A stretch of DNA of 64,000 bases from Eledone cirrhosa (GCA_964016885.1 OZ024756.1:23002001-23066000); one strand, 5' to 3'. Numbered from the stretch's first letter, positions 11,427 through 28,009 are shown. Numbers and translations are program-made. Notes: a model not told the origin generated them from the letters alone.

Positions 11427-13630
11427 GCTGTTATCGTGGTTGTTGTTGTTGTTGTTGTTGTTGTTGCTGCTGTTATCGTGGTTGTTCTAGTTGTTGTTAC
11501 GGTTGTTGTTACTGTTGTTGTTACTGTGGTTGTTACTGTTATTGTGGTTGTTGTTATTGTTGTTACTGTTATTGTTGTTGTTACTGTTATTGTCGTTGTT
11601 ACTGTTATTGTTGTTGTTACTGTTATTGTTGTTGTTATTGTTGTTGTTACTGTTAGTTGTTACTGTGGTTGTTACTGTTATTGTGGTTGTTGTTATTGTT
11701 GTTACTGTTATTGTTGTTGTTACTGTTATTGTCGTTGTTACTGTTATTGTTGTTGTTGTTATTGTTGTTCCTGTTATTGTGGCTGCTATTATTGTGGTTG
11801 TTGCTGTTACTGTGGTTGTTGTTACTGTTACTGTTGCTGTGGTTGTTGTTACTGTTGCTGTGGTTGTTGTTACTGTTGTTGTAGCTTCATTCAATGTTGC
11901 TGTCGAATGCTATAGAGATTTAAATATAAGCTGTTGATATTATTGATGACGTTTTTTTTTTTTTTTTTTTTTTGTTAATCATGTGGTGAATATGGTTGTT
12001 GTTGTTTTGTTGTTATTGCTGTTGATGTGGTTGTTAATATGGTTGTTGTTGTTTTGTTGTTATTGCTGTTGATGTGGTTGTTAATATGGTTGTTGTTGTT
12101 TTGTTGTTATTGCTGTTGATGTGGTTGTTAATATGGTTGTTGTTGTTTTGTTGTTATTGCTGTTGATGTGGTTGTTAATATGGTTGTTGTTGTTTTGTTG
12201 TTATTGCTGTTGATGTGGTTGTTAATATGGTTGTTGTTGTTTTGTTGTTATTGCTGTTGATGTGGTTGTTAATATGGTTGTTGTTGTTTTGTTGTTATTG
12301 CTGTTGATGTGGTTGTTAATATGGTTGTTGTTGTTTTGTTGTTATTGCTGTTGATGTGGTTGTTAATATGGTTGTTGTTGTTTTGTTGTTATTGCTGTTG
12401 ATGTGGTTGTTAATATGGTTGTTGTTGTTTTGTTGTTATTGCTGTTGATGTGGTTGTTAATATGGTTGTTGTTTTGTTGTTATTGCTGTTGATGTGGTTG
12501 TTAATATGGTTGTTGTTGTTTTGTTGTTATTGCTGTTGATGTGGTTGTTAATATGGTTGTTGTTGTTTTGTTGTTATTGCTGTTGATGTGGTTGTTAATA
12601 TGGGTGTTGTTGTTTTGTTGTTATTGCTGTTGATGTGGTTGTTAATATGGTTGTTGTTTTGTTGTTATTGCTGTTGATGTGGTTGTTAATATGGTTGTTG
12701 TTGTTTTGTTGTTATTGCTGTTGATGTGGTTGTTAATATGGTTGTTGTTGTTTTGTTGTTATTGCTGTTGATGTGGTTGTTAATATGGTTGTTGTTGTTT
12801 TGTTGTTATTGCCGTTGATGTGGTTGTTAATATGGTTGTTGTTATTTTGTTGTTATTGCTGTTGATGTGGTTGTTAATATGGTTGTTGTTGTTTTGTTGT
12901 TATTGTTGTCGTTGTTATATGTAGTTTTTGTTATCGTTGCTGTTGTCATTGTTTTTGTTGTCGTTGCTGTTATTGTCGTTGCTGTTGTTGTCGTTGCTGT
13001 TGTTGTCGTTGCTGTTGTTGTCGTTGCTGTTGTTGTCGTTGCTGTTGTTGTCGTTGCTGTTGTTGTCGTTGCTGTTGTTGTCGTTGCTGTTATTGTCGTT
13101 GCTGTTGTTGTCGTTGCTGTTGTCGTCGTTGCTGTTGTTGTCGTTGCTGTTGTCGTTGTTGCTGTTGTCGTTGTTGCTGTTGTCGTTGTTGCTGTTGCTG
13201 TTGTCATTGACGTTGTTGCTGTTGTCGTTGTTGTTGTTGTTGCTGTTGTCGTTGTTGTTGTTGTTGCTGTTGTCGTTGTTGCTGTTGTCGTTGTTGCTGT
13301 TGCTGTTGTCATTGTTGCTGTTGTCATTGTTGCTGTTGCTGTTATCATTGACGTTGTTGCTGTTGTCGTTGTTGTTGTTGTTGCTGTTGTCGTTGTTGTT
13401 GTTGTTGCTGTTGTTGTTGTTGCTGTTGTCGTTGTTGCTGTTGCTGTTGTCATTGTTGCTGTTGTCGTTGTTGCTGTTGCTGTTATCATTGACGTTGTTG
13501 CTGTTGTCGTTGTTGACGTTGTTGCTGTTGACGTTGTTGCCGTTGTCATTGTTGTCATTGTCGTTGTTGCTGTTGTCATTGTTGTTGTTGTTATAGTTGT
13601 TGTTGTTGCTATTGTCGTTGTTGTCGTGGT
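11240..13630. repeat. (GTT)n-derived repeat field including a 45-bp minisatellite at about 11980-12905
   Basis: Unit gatgtggttgttaatatggttgttgttgttttgttgttattgctgtt about 20 times, flanked by degenerate GTT/GCT/GTC arrays. Confidence 0.95.
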
Positions 13631-15807
13631 TACAGTTAAGCTGTTATCTCTACCGTTGTTTTGTTGCTGATGGATTTCTCATGACAAAGGAGATGATAAC
13701 GACAACGGTGGTGGTGGTGTTGGTGGTGGTGGTGGCGGTGATGGTGGTTATGATGATGATGATGGTGGGGGGGGGTGATGATGGTGATGGTGGTGGCGAT
13801 GATAGTGATGATGGTAGTGTTGATGGTGATGGTGTTGATGGGGTGGTGATGTGGTGTTGGTGATGGTGGTGGTGGTGGTGTTGATGGTGGTTTTGTTGGT
13901 GGTTGTGTGGTGGTGGCAGTGGTGGTGATGGTATGGTTCTGACAACGATGGTGGTGATGGTGGTGGTGATGATGGTAAATGAGTAGAAACGTGGTATCAA
14001 AATAGCATCATTATCTTTATTCACTCGAGACGCAAGTTTCGCGGTCGGTCAACTCAAAGTACGATCAGTATCGATCAGGTACCGACTCTGGGAATCGATA
14101 GCTGATCAGACTGGTAAATAAAAACAATACCCCATCGGCACTCAGACCTACTTAGGCATCGAGTGCTCACACTGGTGAAACAATAGTAACAAAAGTTACT
14201 CAATAAACTATATATACATAAATATATACATGTTCCTGTGTGCGTTGTATGTATATGTATATGTATATATCTATGTGTGTGTATGTGCGTGTGTGTATGT
14301 GTGTGTGTATGTGTGTATGTGTGTGTGTATGTGTGTGTGTATGTGTGTGTGTGTGTGCGTGTATGTGTGTGTGGGTGTGTGTGTGTGTACAATTATACAC
14401 ATGTGCATGTGTATGCGTCTGTATATCTATGAGTGTATATATATATATATATTTATACATACATACATAATATATATGTACATATCTACTTGTATATACA
14501 TGTATATATACGTAATTGTGTGTGTGTGTGTGTGTGCGTGCGTTTGTGTACACAATTATACACGTGTTGCTGTGTATGCGTCTCTATATACATGTGTGTG
14601 TGTATATATATATTTATTTATACATACATATATATATAATATATATGCACTTGTATATATATATATATATATATATATTTATTTATACATACATATATAA
14701 TATAGATGTACTTGTATATATATATGTATACATACATGTATATATACATCTACATGATGTACATATATATTGTATATATATATATATATATACATGTACA
14801 TATATATTACATACATATATATACATGTACATATATATACATGTACATATATATATACATGTACATCATATACATATATATTATATACATGTGTGAGTGT
14901 GTGCGTGTGTGTGAGTGTGTGCGTGTGTGTGAGTGTGTGCGTGTGCGTGCGCGTGTGCGTGTGCGTGCGCGTGTGTGTGTGCGTGCGCGTGTGCGTGTGC
15001 GTGCGCGTGCGCGTGTGCGTGCACGTGTGCGTGTGTGTCTGTGTCAGGCAACTGTACAAATACTTGACTTACTATTTGCTCCCAGTCAATCATTTGTTGC
15101 TGAAATTCTACAATACCATCAAAATGTCAACATCTTATCTAGTTATCTACTGCGACTCTACATGGCCAAATATGGCCTCCAATTAACAAACAATAATGAA
15201 AGAGGCATCACCCCTCTCTCTCTCTCTCCATGTGCATATATATCTTGCTCTCCTTCTCTCCCTCTAGAAGTGGAGGTGGTGGCGGTGTTAGAATAAATGA
15301 AGCCAATATATTATACAACAAATATCATAATTTACAATCTCTCTCTCTCTCCCTCCTTCTCTCTCTCCATCTACCCCTCAATTCTCCCAATCTTCTCCTG
15401 CTTTCTCTTTCACCGTGTCTCTCTGCTTCCTCTCATCCCTTCTCTATCACCCTCTCTCTCTCCTTACTCTATGTAACACCAATAAGACCACACACAAGAA
15501 GAGGCAAAACTTAGAAGGTTCACTCGTCTCTTGTTGGCCAGACAACACCAACAACACTGATCTCTAACGAAAGAGCAGACAGATAGAAGCTGAACATGTT
15601 TGGCATATATATACATATATATATAATGTACACATATATATATGTATGTGTGTGTACATTATATATATATATGTAATGTACACACACACACACATATATA
15701 TATGTGTGTGCGTGTACATTATATATATATATATAATGTACACACACACATATATATGTGTACATTATATATATATGTGTGTACATTATATATATATGTG
15801 TGTACAT

Positions 15808-15839
<32 letters not shown>

Positions 15840-15840
15840 A

Positions 15841-15935
15841 AAAAAGTATTACCCCGACGGCAGAGCTCAAGCCGTTTCGATGGCTATTTCTGGTGTGTTA
15901 TGGTCTATTTGGTTCGTTCCCACAACTCCTTCGTT

Positions 15936-15936
<1 letters not shown>
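15841..15936. mobile_element. Family B hammerhead-derived cassette, internally deleted
   Basis: ccccgacggcagagctcaagccgtttcga arm joined to the family B tail ...ttatggtctatttggttc...ccttcgtta(ta)n. Confidence 0.75.
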
Positions 15937-17290
<1,354 letters not shown>

Positions 17291-17508
17291 ATTTATTAAA
17301 ATAACAGATTAAAGTTTAAGTCAAGAATCGCTGCTTTCACCCTTAAAGGGATCTTTTGAAGATCCTGTTAAGGGTGAAAGCAGCGATTCTTTGCTTAAAA
17401 TTTAATCTGTTATTTTAATAAATATTTGCTCTACGGTTCTTATATATTTGATATATATTTATCCTGATCGAGCCCTCTTTGGATTTTAGTCTTCAAATTT
17501 ATTATCAT

Positions 17509-17512
<4 letters not shown>
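17291..17512. mobile_element. Family C hammerhead cassette, fold-back form, in (TA)n
   Basis: About 75-bp inverted arms centred on tTGAAGA; right arm tTGAAGA-tcct gttaa gggt-GAAA-gca gcgattctt tgc-TT-aaaattt; tail shared with 41948 and 57417. Confidence 0.75.
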
Positions 17513-17563
<51 letters not shown>

Positions 17564-17690
17564 GTATATATTATGTATATATTACCCAGTGGTGATTGAC
17601 TAGTCATATCATATATGTATATATATATGTGTGTGTGTGTGTGAGGCACATATACTTATATATAGAGAGAGTGGGAGAGGAGGACCGTGC

Positions 17691-17730
<40 letters not shown>

Positions 17731-17925
17731 GTCTGTATGTATCAGTCTATTGAGCTATCTAACTACCACATGGTATCGATATATCAATATATCTACCAGT
17801 TGCAGATTCAGTCTCACAGATACACACACACACACACACACTCTCTCTCTCTCTCTCTCTCCAATGCTACACTTGCCAACATAAAATTAGGTCGTTTCCT
17901 CGCCTCACTTATAAGTACATGCCAT

Positions 17926-17976
<51 letters not shown>

Positions 17977-18730
17977 TAGTAGTAGGTGGTGGTTGTGGTG
18001 GTGGTTGGGGTAGTAACTTAATCCAGTTTCCTGGTAAATCTTGAATGTTCAATAATGTGTAAATTTCGTTCCAGATTAAGGAGTGTTTTGTCATGAATGT
18101 TTTATCATATGTGCATGTAACTGTGAAGATAGGTACGTGTGTGTGTGTGTGTGTGTGTGTGTGTTGTGTAGGTGCGTGTGTGTGTGTAGGTACGTGTGTG
18201 TTGTGTAGGTGCGTGTGTGTGTGTAGGTACGTGTGTGTGTGTAGGTGCGTGTGTGTGTGTGTACTTATGTATGATGTATGTGTGTGTGTGTCTACGTATG
18301 TATGATGTATGTGTGTGTGTGTAGGTGTGTGCGTGTGTGTGTGTACGTATGTATGATGTATGTGTGTGTGTGTACGCATGTATGATGTATGTGTGTGTGT
18401 GTGTAGGTGTGTGTGTGTGTGTGTACGTATGTATGTATGTATGTATGTAGGTAGGCATATATCTATTATGAATGTATGTATATAGGTATGTGTGTATGTA
18501 TGAATATATATGTAGGTAGCCATATGTGCATGTAAGTGTGTGTATACACATAGGTACGTGTGTATGTACTTGTGTATGTAGGTATGAGTGTATGCATATA
18601 TGTAGGTAGGAAGGTAGATAGCCATGTATGTGTGTGTATGCATGTATCTGTGAACATAGGTACGTGTGTATGTACGTGCCTATATAGGTATGTGTGTATG
18701 TAAGTATGTATACGTGTGTAGGTATGTATG

Positions 18731-19794
<1,064 letters not shown>

Positions 19795-20077
19795 TAATCA
19801 TTAAATTATATACACAGACATGTGCATATATGTATGTATGTATGTATGCATATATATATGTGTGTGTATGTGTGTGTGTGTGTATTTCCTTATCTCACTA
19901 GTCAGTTCTTTCGTTGCTACAGATCACGCGGCTAAATTAGCGGTCGCCATTTTCAATTTGCAAAGCCCTTTAAACTGTACGTTATTACTCTGAGGTTTAT
20001 TCCTTGTCGAGTGCTTCGCTCCACTACTGAAGGCATTCGTTGGCTTGGCTGTTGATCGAACTTCGAATATGCTGTAC

Positions 20078-20124
<47 letters not shown>

Positions 20125-20126
20125 TA

Positions 20127-20314
20127 GAACAAGTAAGACCCCGACGGCTGAGCTCAAGCCGTTTCGACGGCTAATTCAGTCCAGAATTAGCCGTCGAAAC
20201 GGCTTGAGCTCAGCCGTCGGGGTCTTACTTGTTCCTATTACCCACTCTACTACCCTAAGTATTGAGTACTTTGGTGCGTTATGGTCTACCTGGTTCCTTA
20301 CCACATTTCCTTCG

Positions 20315-20316
<2 letters not shown>
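20127..20316 (+). mobile_element. Family B hammerhead-derived fold-back cassette
   Basis: Perfect arms of about 51 bp around loop agtcca (20178-20183); each arm is a 3' HHR half: gccgtc-GAAA-cggct tgagctc agccg-TC-ggggtc; 3' tail to (TA)n. Confidence 0.85.
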
Positions 20317-20382
<66 letters not shown>

Positions 20383-20440
20383 ATAAATTTAGAAGGAACA
20401 AGGGGGTGTGTGGTCACATGATAAAGTGTTTTTAGAAATA

Positions 20441-20561
20441 AAAGTAAAGCACAAACAAGGGACAGGTCCCCTCTTCAGTTGTCTGCTGGGGGTCTCGAAT
20501 GTCCGAGACCCCAAGCAGACAACTGAAGAGGGGACCTGTCCCTTTTTTGTACTTTTCTTTT
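20441..20561. repeat. Fold-back palindrome in (TA)n containing CTGAAGA on both arms
   Basis: gggacaggtcccctcttcagttgtctgc..ggggtctcg aatgtc cgagacccc..gcagacaactgaagaggggacctgtccc; no GAAA half found. Confidence 0.8.
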
Positions 20562-20568
20562 ATATGTA

Positions 20569-20614
<46 letters not shown>

Positions 20615-20857
20615 GACATATATATATATATATATATATGTCTGTGTGCTCATATTATATATGGCGGGGGTGCTCATATATATATATATGTGTGTGTGTG
20701 TGTGAAGTAATTCCGTCGGAAAGGTCCAGGAAAAAAGTGTGCTCTATGTAGGTTACAGAGCTTAATAGTTATGTAATAAACAACATAAGGTAATTATTTC
20801 ATTTACCAGTGGTTTCTTGAAAGCAAACACATTTTTATATATTTATATATATATAAT

Positions 20858-21030
20858 TGTTTCTACTTTAGGCACAAGGCCAGCAATTACCCAGTGCATT
20901 ATTGGTACTTTATTTTATCGACCCCGTAAGGATGAAAGGCAAAGTCAACCTCGGCGGGATTTGAACTCAGATCGTAAAGGGACGTAACTATGCTGGAAAG
21001 CATGGCGTCCGACCCTCTACCGATACTACT
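20858..21030 (-). mobile_element. SINE-A
   Basis: Reverse complement of the consensus. Confidence 0.95.
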
Positions 21031-21629
21031 GAATAAACCAAGGTTTTTAAATCAAAACCATCTTTAATCTCAACAATCGTTTCTATACAGATTAGAGTCT
21101 CGGAAATATATTTACACAATATTTCAATCCGTTTCTATTAATCATAATTCACATGTTATTAGTCTTCAAATGCATGTCATCGGGAGTTAGTAAGAAAGGA
21201 TATTTACCCTTCCTTATGACGTGAAGCAGCAAGAATATATGTAAAATATATATATTTAGAGATAATTACATCTTAAAGAAGAAGCTTCCCATTCACTCCC
21301 TTTAAATATTGGTCAGAAGGATCTGATGTCATTGGACGACGAGACAATGTCCTTCGTTAATTGCGTGTTTATACTCTAAAACATAACTCTGAAACATAAA
21401 CTCCTCCTGTTGGTGGGTCAACAATTGTGTCGAAATTACGGCCCATTTCCTGCTAATCCCCTAATTATCTGCTGTACCCTGCTCCATAAGCAAAACGGGG
21501 GAGCTACGAACGTGTTTGTCCATACATGCTTGCAAATAAGAACTGTTATTGTTCTAACCCGTAAAGAAAACACTCAGAAAATACCGTAAATCAACCAATG
21601 ACTTGCCCTTATGTATATGTATCATAGTC

Positions 21630-22010
21630 TATCGATCATTAGCCGGTGCAGGATCTCCACCCAGCGTCGTCGTAAGCCCTGCCACGGACCTGGTTCCATT
21701 CCAAACCCATGACTCTTAGTGCCTCCTCCACAATCTACATTGCAACTACCGCTCCCTCTTCACTTACATCTAGCTTCCACTTTAGCGAGAATTTTCGTGG
21801 GCATGCATAGAACGTAGCTGAATGATGCTCTCTCTCTCTCTCATGTCTCACATGCACGTGAGCGTTTCGATGTTCTCTCTCTCTCTCTCATCTGTGAGGT
21901 GGTTGTGATAAGGACTCCTTCGTGTGGTCCTCTCGAAGAAATCTGCTGTTTTCCGACCTAAAGAAGAGAAGGGCTGGGATCCCCAGATTCAAATATGTGT
22001 TAGAATCGCT
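21630..22010. mobile_element. Short RTE-like LINE C-terminal fragments in opposite orientations
   Basis: Minus about 21640-21740: VEEALRVMGLEWNQVRGRAYDDAGWR; plus about 21920-22010: RNLLFSDLKKRRAGIPRFKY. Confidence 0.4.
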
Positions 22011-22459
22011 GTATGTCTGTACAACACCCCTACGGCTCCCTCACGAATTATGGGACCATTCCTCCATATATGTGTGCGGGCGAACGAGCAGGCAGGCGAG
22101 CGTGAGAGCGTGCGAGCGAGTGTGCGAGTGTGCGACCGTGTGTATCACATATACGCCTGCCAACACATAAAGCGGGACAGAGAAAGGAAGGTAGAAAAAT
22201 GATGGCAGAACTGCAGAGAGAAGGTAGAGGTGACAGAATGTAGGGTCGAGAGGAGAAAAAAAAGAGATTTGGCGTAGGAGGCAAATCGATACATAAAATC
22301 CTATAAAATGGCGACAAACAGACAGATATCCGTGACCTAAATTTCAATTATTGAATGATTTAAAGAAAATGACAAGTTAAATTAATTGCCATGTTGATGA
22401 GTCGTTAATGAGACGGAACGGAGAGACGGCTTTTCAATATGAGATGTAGACGGACAAAG

Positions 22460-22856
22460 ATATAGAGAGAAAGGGAGAGAAAGATTATGAGAGAGAGAGT
22501 GAGTGAGAAAGATAGAGTGAGTGAGAGAGAGAAAGAGAAGAGAAGAGAAAGAAAGAAATAGTGAGAGAGATAGAGAGTGAGAAAGAGAGTGAGAAAGAGA
22601 AAGAGAGTGAGAAAGATAGAGAGAGTCAGAGAGAGTGAGAAAGATAAAGAGAGTAAGAAAGATAGAGAGAGTTAGAAAGAGAGTGAGAGAGAGAGAAAGA
22701 GAAGAGAAAGAGAGAAAGAGAAAGAGAGAAAGAGAAGAGAAAGAGAGAAAGAGAAGAGAGACAGAAAGAAGAGAGAGAGAAAGAGAAAGAGAAGAGAAAG
22801 AAAGAAAGAGAAAGAAAGAGAAAGGAAGAGAAAGAAAGAGAAAGAAAGAGAGAGAG
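22460..22856. repeat. Polypurine (GA-rich) low-complexity tract
   Basis: GA/GAAA/GAGT repeats. Confidence 0.9.
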
Positions 22857-22947
22857 TATGAATGCAAGAGGGTATTTTGTAAGTGGAGAAATGGACGAAG
22901 AAACCTTAAATGAAATTTATCAAAAATAATAGTTACCCTACATAAAA

Positions 22948-25630
22948 ATGTGTACGTATATACATACATGTATGTGTACGTGTATACATACATGTATGTG
23001 TACGTATATACATACATGTATGTGTACGTGTATACATACATGTATGTGTACGTATATTCATACATGTATGTGTACGTATATACATACATGTATGTGTACG
23101 TATATACATACATGTATGTGTACGTATATACATACATGTATGTGTACGTGTATACATACATGTATGTGTACGTATATTCATACATGTATGTGTGCGTGTA
23201 TACATACATGTATGTGTACGTATATACATACATGTATGTGTACGTGTATACATACATGTATGTGTACGTATATACATACATGTATGTGTACGTGTATACA
23301 TACATGTATGTGTACGTATATTCATACATGTATGTGTACGTATATACATACATGTATGTGTACGTATATACATACATGTATGTGTACGTATATACATACA
23401 TGTATGTGTACGTATATACATACATGTATGTGTACGTGTATACATACATGTATGTGTACGTGTATACATACATGTATGTGTACGTATATTCATACATGTA
23501 TGTGTGCGTGTATACATACATGTATGTGTACGTATATACATACATGTATGTGTACGTGTATACATACATGTATGTGTACGTATATACATACACGTATGTG
23601 TACGTGTATACATACATGTATGTGTACGTATATTCATACATGTATGTGTACGTATATATACATGTATGTGTACGTGTATACATACATGTATGTGTACGTA
23701 TATTCATACATGTATGTGTACGTGTATACATACATGTATGTGTACGTGTATACATATATGTATGTGTACGTATATACATACATGTATGTGTACGTATAAA
23801 CATACATGTATGTGTACGTATACACATACATGTATGTGTACGTGTACACATACATGTATGTGTACGTATATACATACATGTATGTGTACGTATACACATA
23901 CATGTATGTGTACGTGTACACATACATGTATGTGTACGTATACACATACATGTATGTGTACGTATATACATACATGTATGTGTACGTATAAACATACATG
24001 TATGTGTACGTATACACATACATGTATGTGTACGTGTACACATACATGTATGTGTACGTGTACACATACATGTATGTGTACGTGTACACATACATGTATG
24101 TGTACGTATACACATACATGTATGTGTACGTATATACATACATGTATGTGTACGTATACACATACATGTATGTGTACGTGTATACATACATGTATGTGTA
24201 CGTATATACATACATGTATGTGTACGTGTATACATACATGTATGTGTACGTATATACATACATGTATGTGTACGTATATACATACATGTATGTGTACGTG
24301 TATACATACATGTATGTGTACGTATACACATACATGTATGTGTACGTATAAACATACATGTATGTGTACGTATACACATACATGTATGTGTACGTGTACA
24401 CATACATGTATGTGTACGTGTACACATACATGTATGTGTACGTATACACATACATGTATGTGTACGTATATACATACATGTATGTGTACGTATACACATA
24501 CATGTATGTGTACGTGTATACATACATATATGTGTGCGTATATACATACATGTATGTCTACGTGTATACATACATGTATGTGTACGTGTATACATACATG
24601 TATGTGTACGTATATTCATACATGTATGTGTACGTATATACATACATGTATGTGTACGTGTATACATACATGTATGTGTACGTATATTCATACATGTATG
24701 TGTACGTGTATACATACATGTATGTGTACGTGTATACATATATGTATGTGTACGTATATACATACATGTATGTGTACGTATAAACATACATGTATGTGTA
24801 CGTATACACATACATGTATGTGTACGTGTACACATACATGTATGTGTACGTATATACATACATGTATGTGTACGTATACACATACATGTATGTGTACGTG
24901 TACACATACATGTATGTGTACGTATACACATACATGTATGTGTACGTATATACATACATGTATGTGTACGTATAAACATACATGTATGTGTACGTATACA
25001 CATACATGTATGTGTACGTATACACATACATGTATGTGTACGTGTACACATACATGTATGTGTACGTATACACATACATGTATGTGTACGTATATACATA
25101 CATGTATGTGTACGTATACACATACATGTATGTGTACGTGTATACATACATGTATGTGTACGTATATACATACATGTATGTGTACGTATATACATACATG
25201 TATGTGTACGTATATACATACATGTATGTGTACGTATATACATACATGTATGTGTACGTATATACATACATGTATGTGTACGTATACACATACATGTATG
25301 TGTACGTGTACACATACATGTATGTGTACGTGTACACATACATGTATGTGTACGTATACACATACATGTATGTGTACGTATATACATACATGTATGTGTA
25401 CGTATACACATACATGTATGTGTACGTGTATACATACATGTATGTGTACGTATATACATACATGTATGTCTACGTGTATACATACATGTATGTGTACGTA
25501 TATACATACATGTATGTGTACGTATATACATACATGTATGTGTACGTGTATACATTCATGTATGTGTACGTATACACATACATGTATGTGTACGTGTATA
25601 CATACATGTATGTGTACGTGTATACATACA
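22948..25630. repeat. 24-bp near-palindromic purine-pyrimidine alternating minisatellite, about 110 units
   Basis: Unit TACATACATGTATGTGTACGTATA with recurring variants. Confidence 0.97.
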
Positions 25631-25708
25631 CACATTGTGCGAGTGCTTACATACATCTTTTATATATATCCTTTCAAGAAAACTTGCGCCATGCTCTCAT
25701 TATGTAAG

Positions 25709-26184
25709 TAGGGTCGGACGCCATGCTTTTCAGCATAGTTACGTCCCTTTACGATCTGAGTTCAAATCCCGCCGAGGTTGACTTTGCCTTTAATCCTTAC
25801 GGGGTCGATAAAATAAAGTACCAGTAATGCACTGGGTAATTGCTGGCCTTGTGCCTAAAGTAGAAACAATTATGTGAGTAGAGTCACACAGCAGAAGTTC
25901 AAGTATTTCATGTTTTTTTTGTTGTTGTTTTTTTCGCGATTGATGGAAGACAAGAAGCTGAATTAAGGGCAAGAATTGCAGAAGCTAATGAAATAGCTAT
26001 TTCTACTTTTGGCACAAGGCCAGCAATTATCCCAGTACATTACTGGTACTTTATTTTATCGACCCCGTAAGGATCAAAGGCAAAGTTAACCTCGACGGAA
26101 TTTGAACCCAGACCGTAAAGGGCCGTAACTGTATGCTACAAAGCATGTCGTCCGACACTCGACATACTCTGCTAATCCACTGCG
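25709..26184. mobile_element. Two SINE-A copies tail to tail (plus 25709-25868, minus 26000-26184)
   Basis: Consensus matches; the first has TSD attatgt(a/g)agtag. Confidence 0.9.
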
Positions 26185-26519
26185 CTAGTGAAATCAGGTG
26201 CCAGCTTCAGCATTCAGTCGTCAGAGGACAAATTGTAAAATCCTAACTCGCTATCTTCAAATCAGTGTTCCTAACTACATTTATTTATGGTCCCGGGTCT
26301 TGGGTAATGACCGAAAGAATACAATAGAGAATACAAGCCGTCAAAATGGGGTTCCTCCTAAGAGTCGTTTGAACATTACTCACTAAGATGCTCAAGGTTC
26401 GCCGTTCTAACGACTCTACCAATTCTCCGCCTGCCTAAACATTACGTTTACGCAAAATCTCATATCTGTAAACATAACTTTACCGTTTTCCGTTAGTTAT
26501 CCTGTGAAACTCTAATATC

Positions 26520-26760
26520 GTGGAGGAGTGTACAATGGAGCAGTGTACCATCTTCCACTATTCTTCTCTGAGACGAGCCAGGACTTGGTAAGTTTTGCCG
26601 GTTTATTCTGTGATGTTCTTCGCCTATTACTCTTCTGAAGTCCTTTCCCTTTCTTCTACTGAACTGTTACTTGAGAGGATGACACATAACCATACCATCG
26701 CTTTATTCTTTTCTTCTCTTTTCTTTACAGTAGCTACCAAGCCTTCGTAGTGGACCACAA
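26520..26760 (-). mobile_element. Degenerate RTE LINE 3' end
   Basis: Frameshifted minus-strand remnants resembling GPYE.L..TVK.R..WYG, TVE.GR, N..E.TG, E..WK. Confidence 0.45.
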
Positions 26761-27249
26761 GTTGCCTGATTATCGTGCGAACGTTTTAGCCGTTTATGTG
26801 TTCCGTGTAATTTAACTCAATTGCAACAAGTTTCTTTGTTAGACAATCTCTAAACTACCCATATTTTTAACATTATTTTTATTCCATAAAATTCTTTTCA
26901 TATTTTCTTATTCAATTCCTGATATAAAATCATTATTTTCCCCAAGCATTATAAAACAATGGAATATTTATAAACCGCCGTTTTTCAATAATTAATCTAA
27001 AAAAAAAATTACTTTTCTTTTGGCTCGGCTTTAAATAGACGATTACCATATTTTTATCTGAGTTTAAATGTTTTATGATGTTCAAACCAATTGCACTTCT
27101 TTAATTTTTTTTCTTGCTTAGCTCGTTATATCGGTTCCAGCGGCTTAACCAACAGTCTCCAATTGTATGGTTCGTCATACCCTCCATCTTTTTCACTTCT
27201 GTTTTCCCTCTTTAAATTGTTTTTATACACTTTATATATATATATATAA

Positions 27250-27648
27250 ATTTTGAGAATGTGTTGGTTGTTTACCGACACCTCAGTATACAGGTTGGAG
27301 CACTCGACGAAGTGCGCAGGTTGGTTTGGTTACTCCGGAGTAATGTAAAATAAAATAAATAAGTCAAATATTTAAAATTTGACTTCGATTTTTACTGGTA
27401 TATATATTTCGGTGACAGCCATCTTTGGCTGTGACCTCTTCAGGCAGTCCGAATTGGTGTGGTAGAGACGGATACACATGTTGTTGAGGTGTTTAACATC
27501 GTCAATACTCTGATATGCCCAGTTCCTGGTTGGATTAACCCAACCAATTCGGACTGCCCGAAGAGGTCACAGCCAAAGATATCTATCACCGAAATATATA
27601 TAGCAGTAATAAACGAAGCCAAATTTTAAATATTTGACTTATTTATTT

Positions 27649-27655
<7 letters not shown>
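27250..27655. mobile_element. Family D hammerhead cassette with two outward-facing HHRs (minus about 27394-27448, plus about 27553-27607), in (TA)n
   Basis: Arm consensus actgc-CTGAAGA-ggtcacagcc aaagat ggctgtcacc-GAAA-tatata-TA-gcagt; about 110-bp diverged inverted arms with an 85-bp spacer. Confidence 0.85.
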
Positions 27656-27684
<29 letters not shown>

Positions 27685-28009
27685 TAAAACTAAAACTCTG
27701 TGATTGTATGCTTTTCTGTAATTTAATACAGGCAAAACGGCGCATAATTGGAAAATACTTTGAAAGGAAGTTGAGCCTGAAATGAGAATTTGATCTAAGA
27801 CTACGTGTTGAAACTTAACTAGTTACATTGTGGAACAGTCGTTTTAGTCATTCACAATACAAATACACAAACACTCGTAATTACACTTTACATTTATCAT
27901 ATATTTTTTGGAATAAAATTTTCATCGCATTGTGCGCAACCTGGTCACTGATATATTTACGCCATATAAAAGTCGTTGTAAATTCACCGAGTTAGATATT
28001 ATTATTATT

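Noticed and set aside
11180-13863. Cys-rich, Thr-rich (mucin-like) and poly-Val/Leu ORFs
   Set aside because: Products of (GTT)n-type microsatellites with no splice or unique-sequence context
22382-25781. ORFs of 800-1057 aa on both strands
   Set aside because: Translations of a stop-poor 24-bp minisatellite, open in many frames at once
27250-27655. Interpreting the inverted-repeat cassettes as classical TIR MITEs
   Set aside because: Arms vary in length between copies, one arm has an unpaired tail, and arms contain HHR motifs, which fits 5'-inverted retroinsertions better
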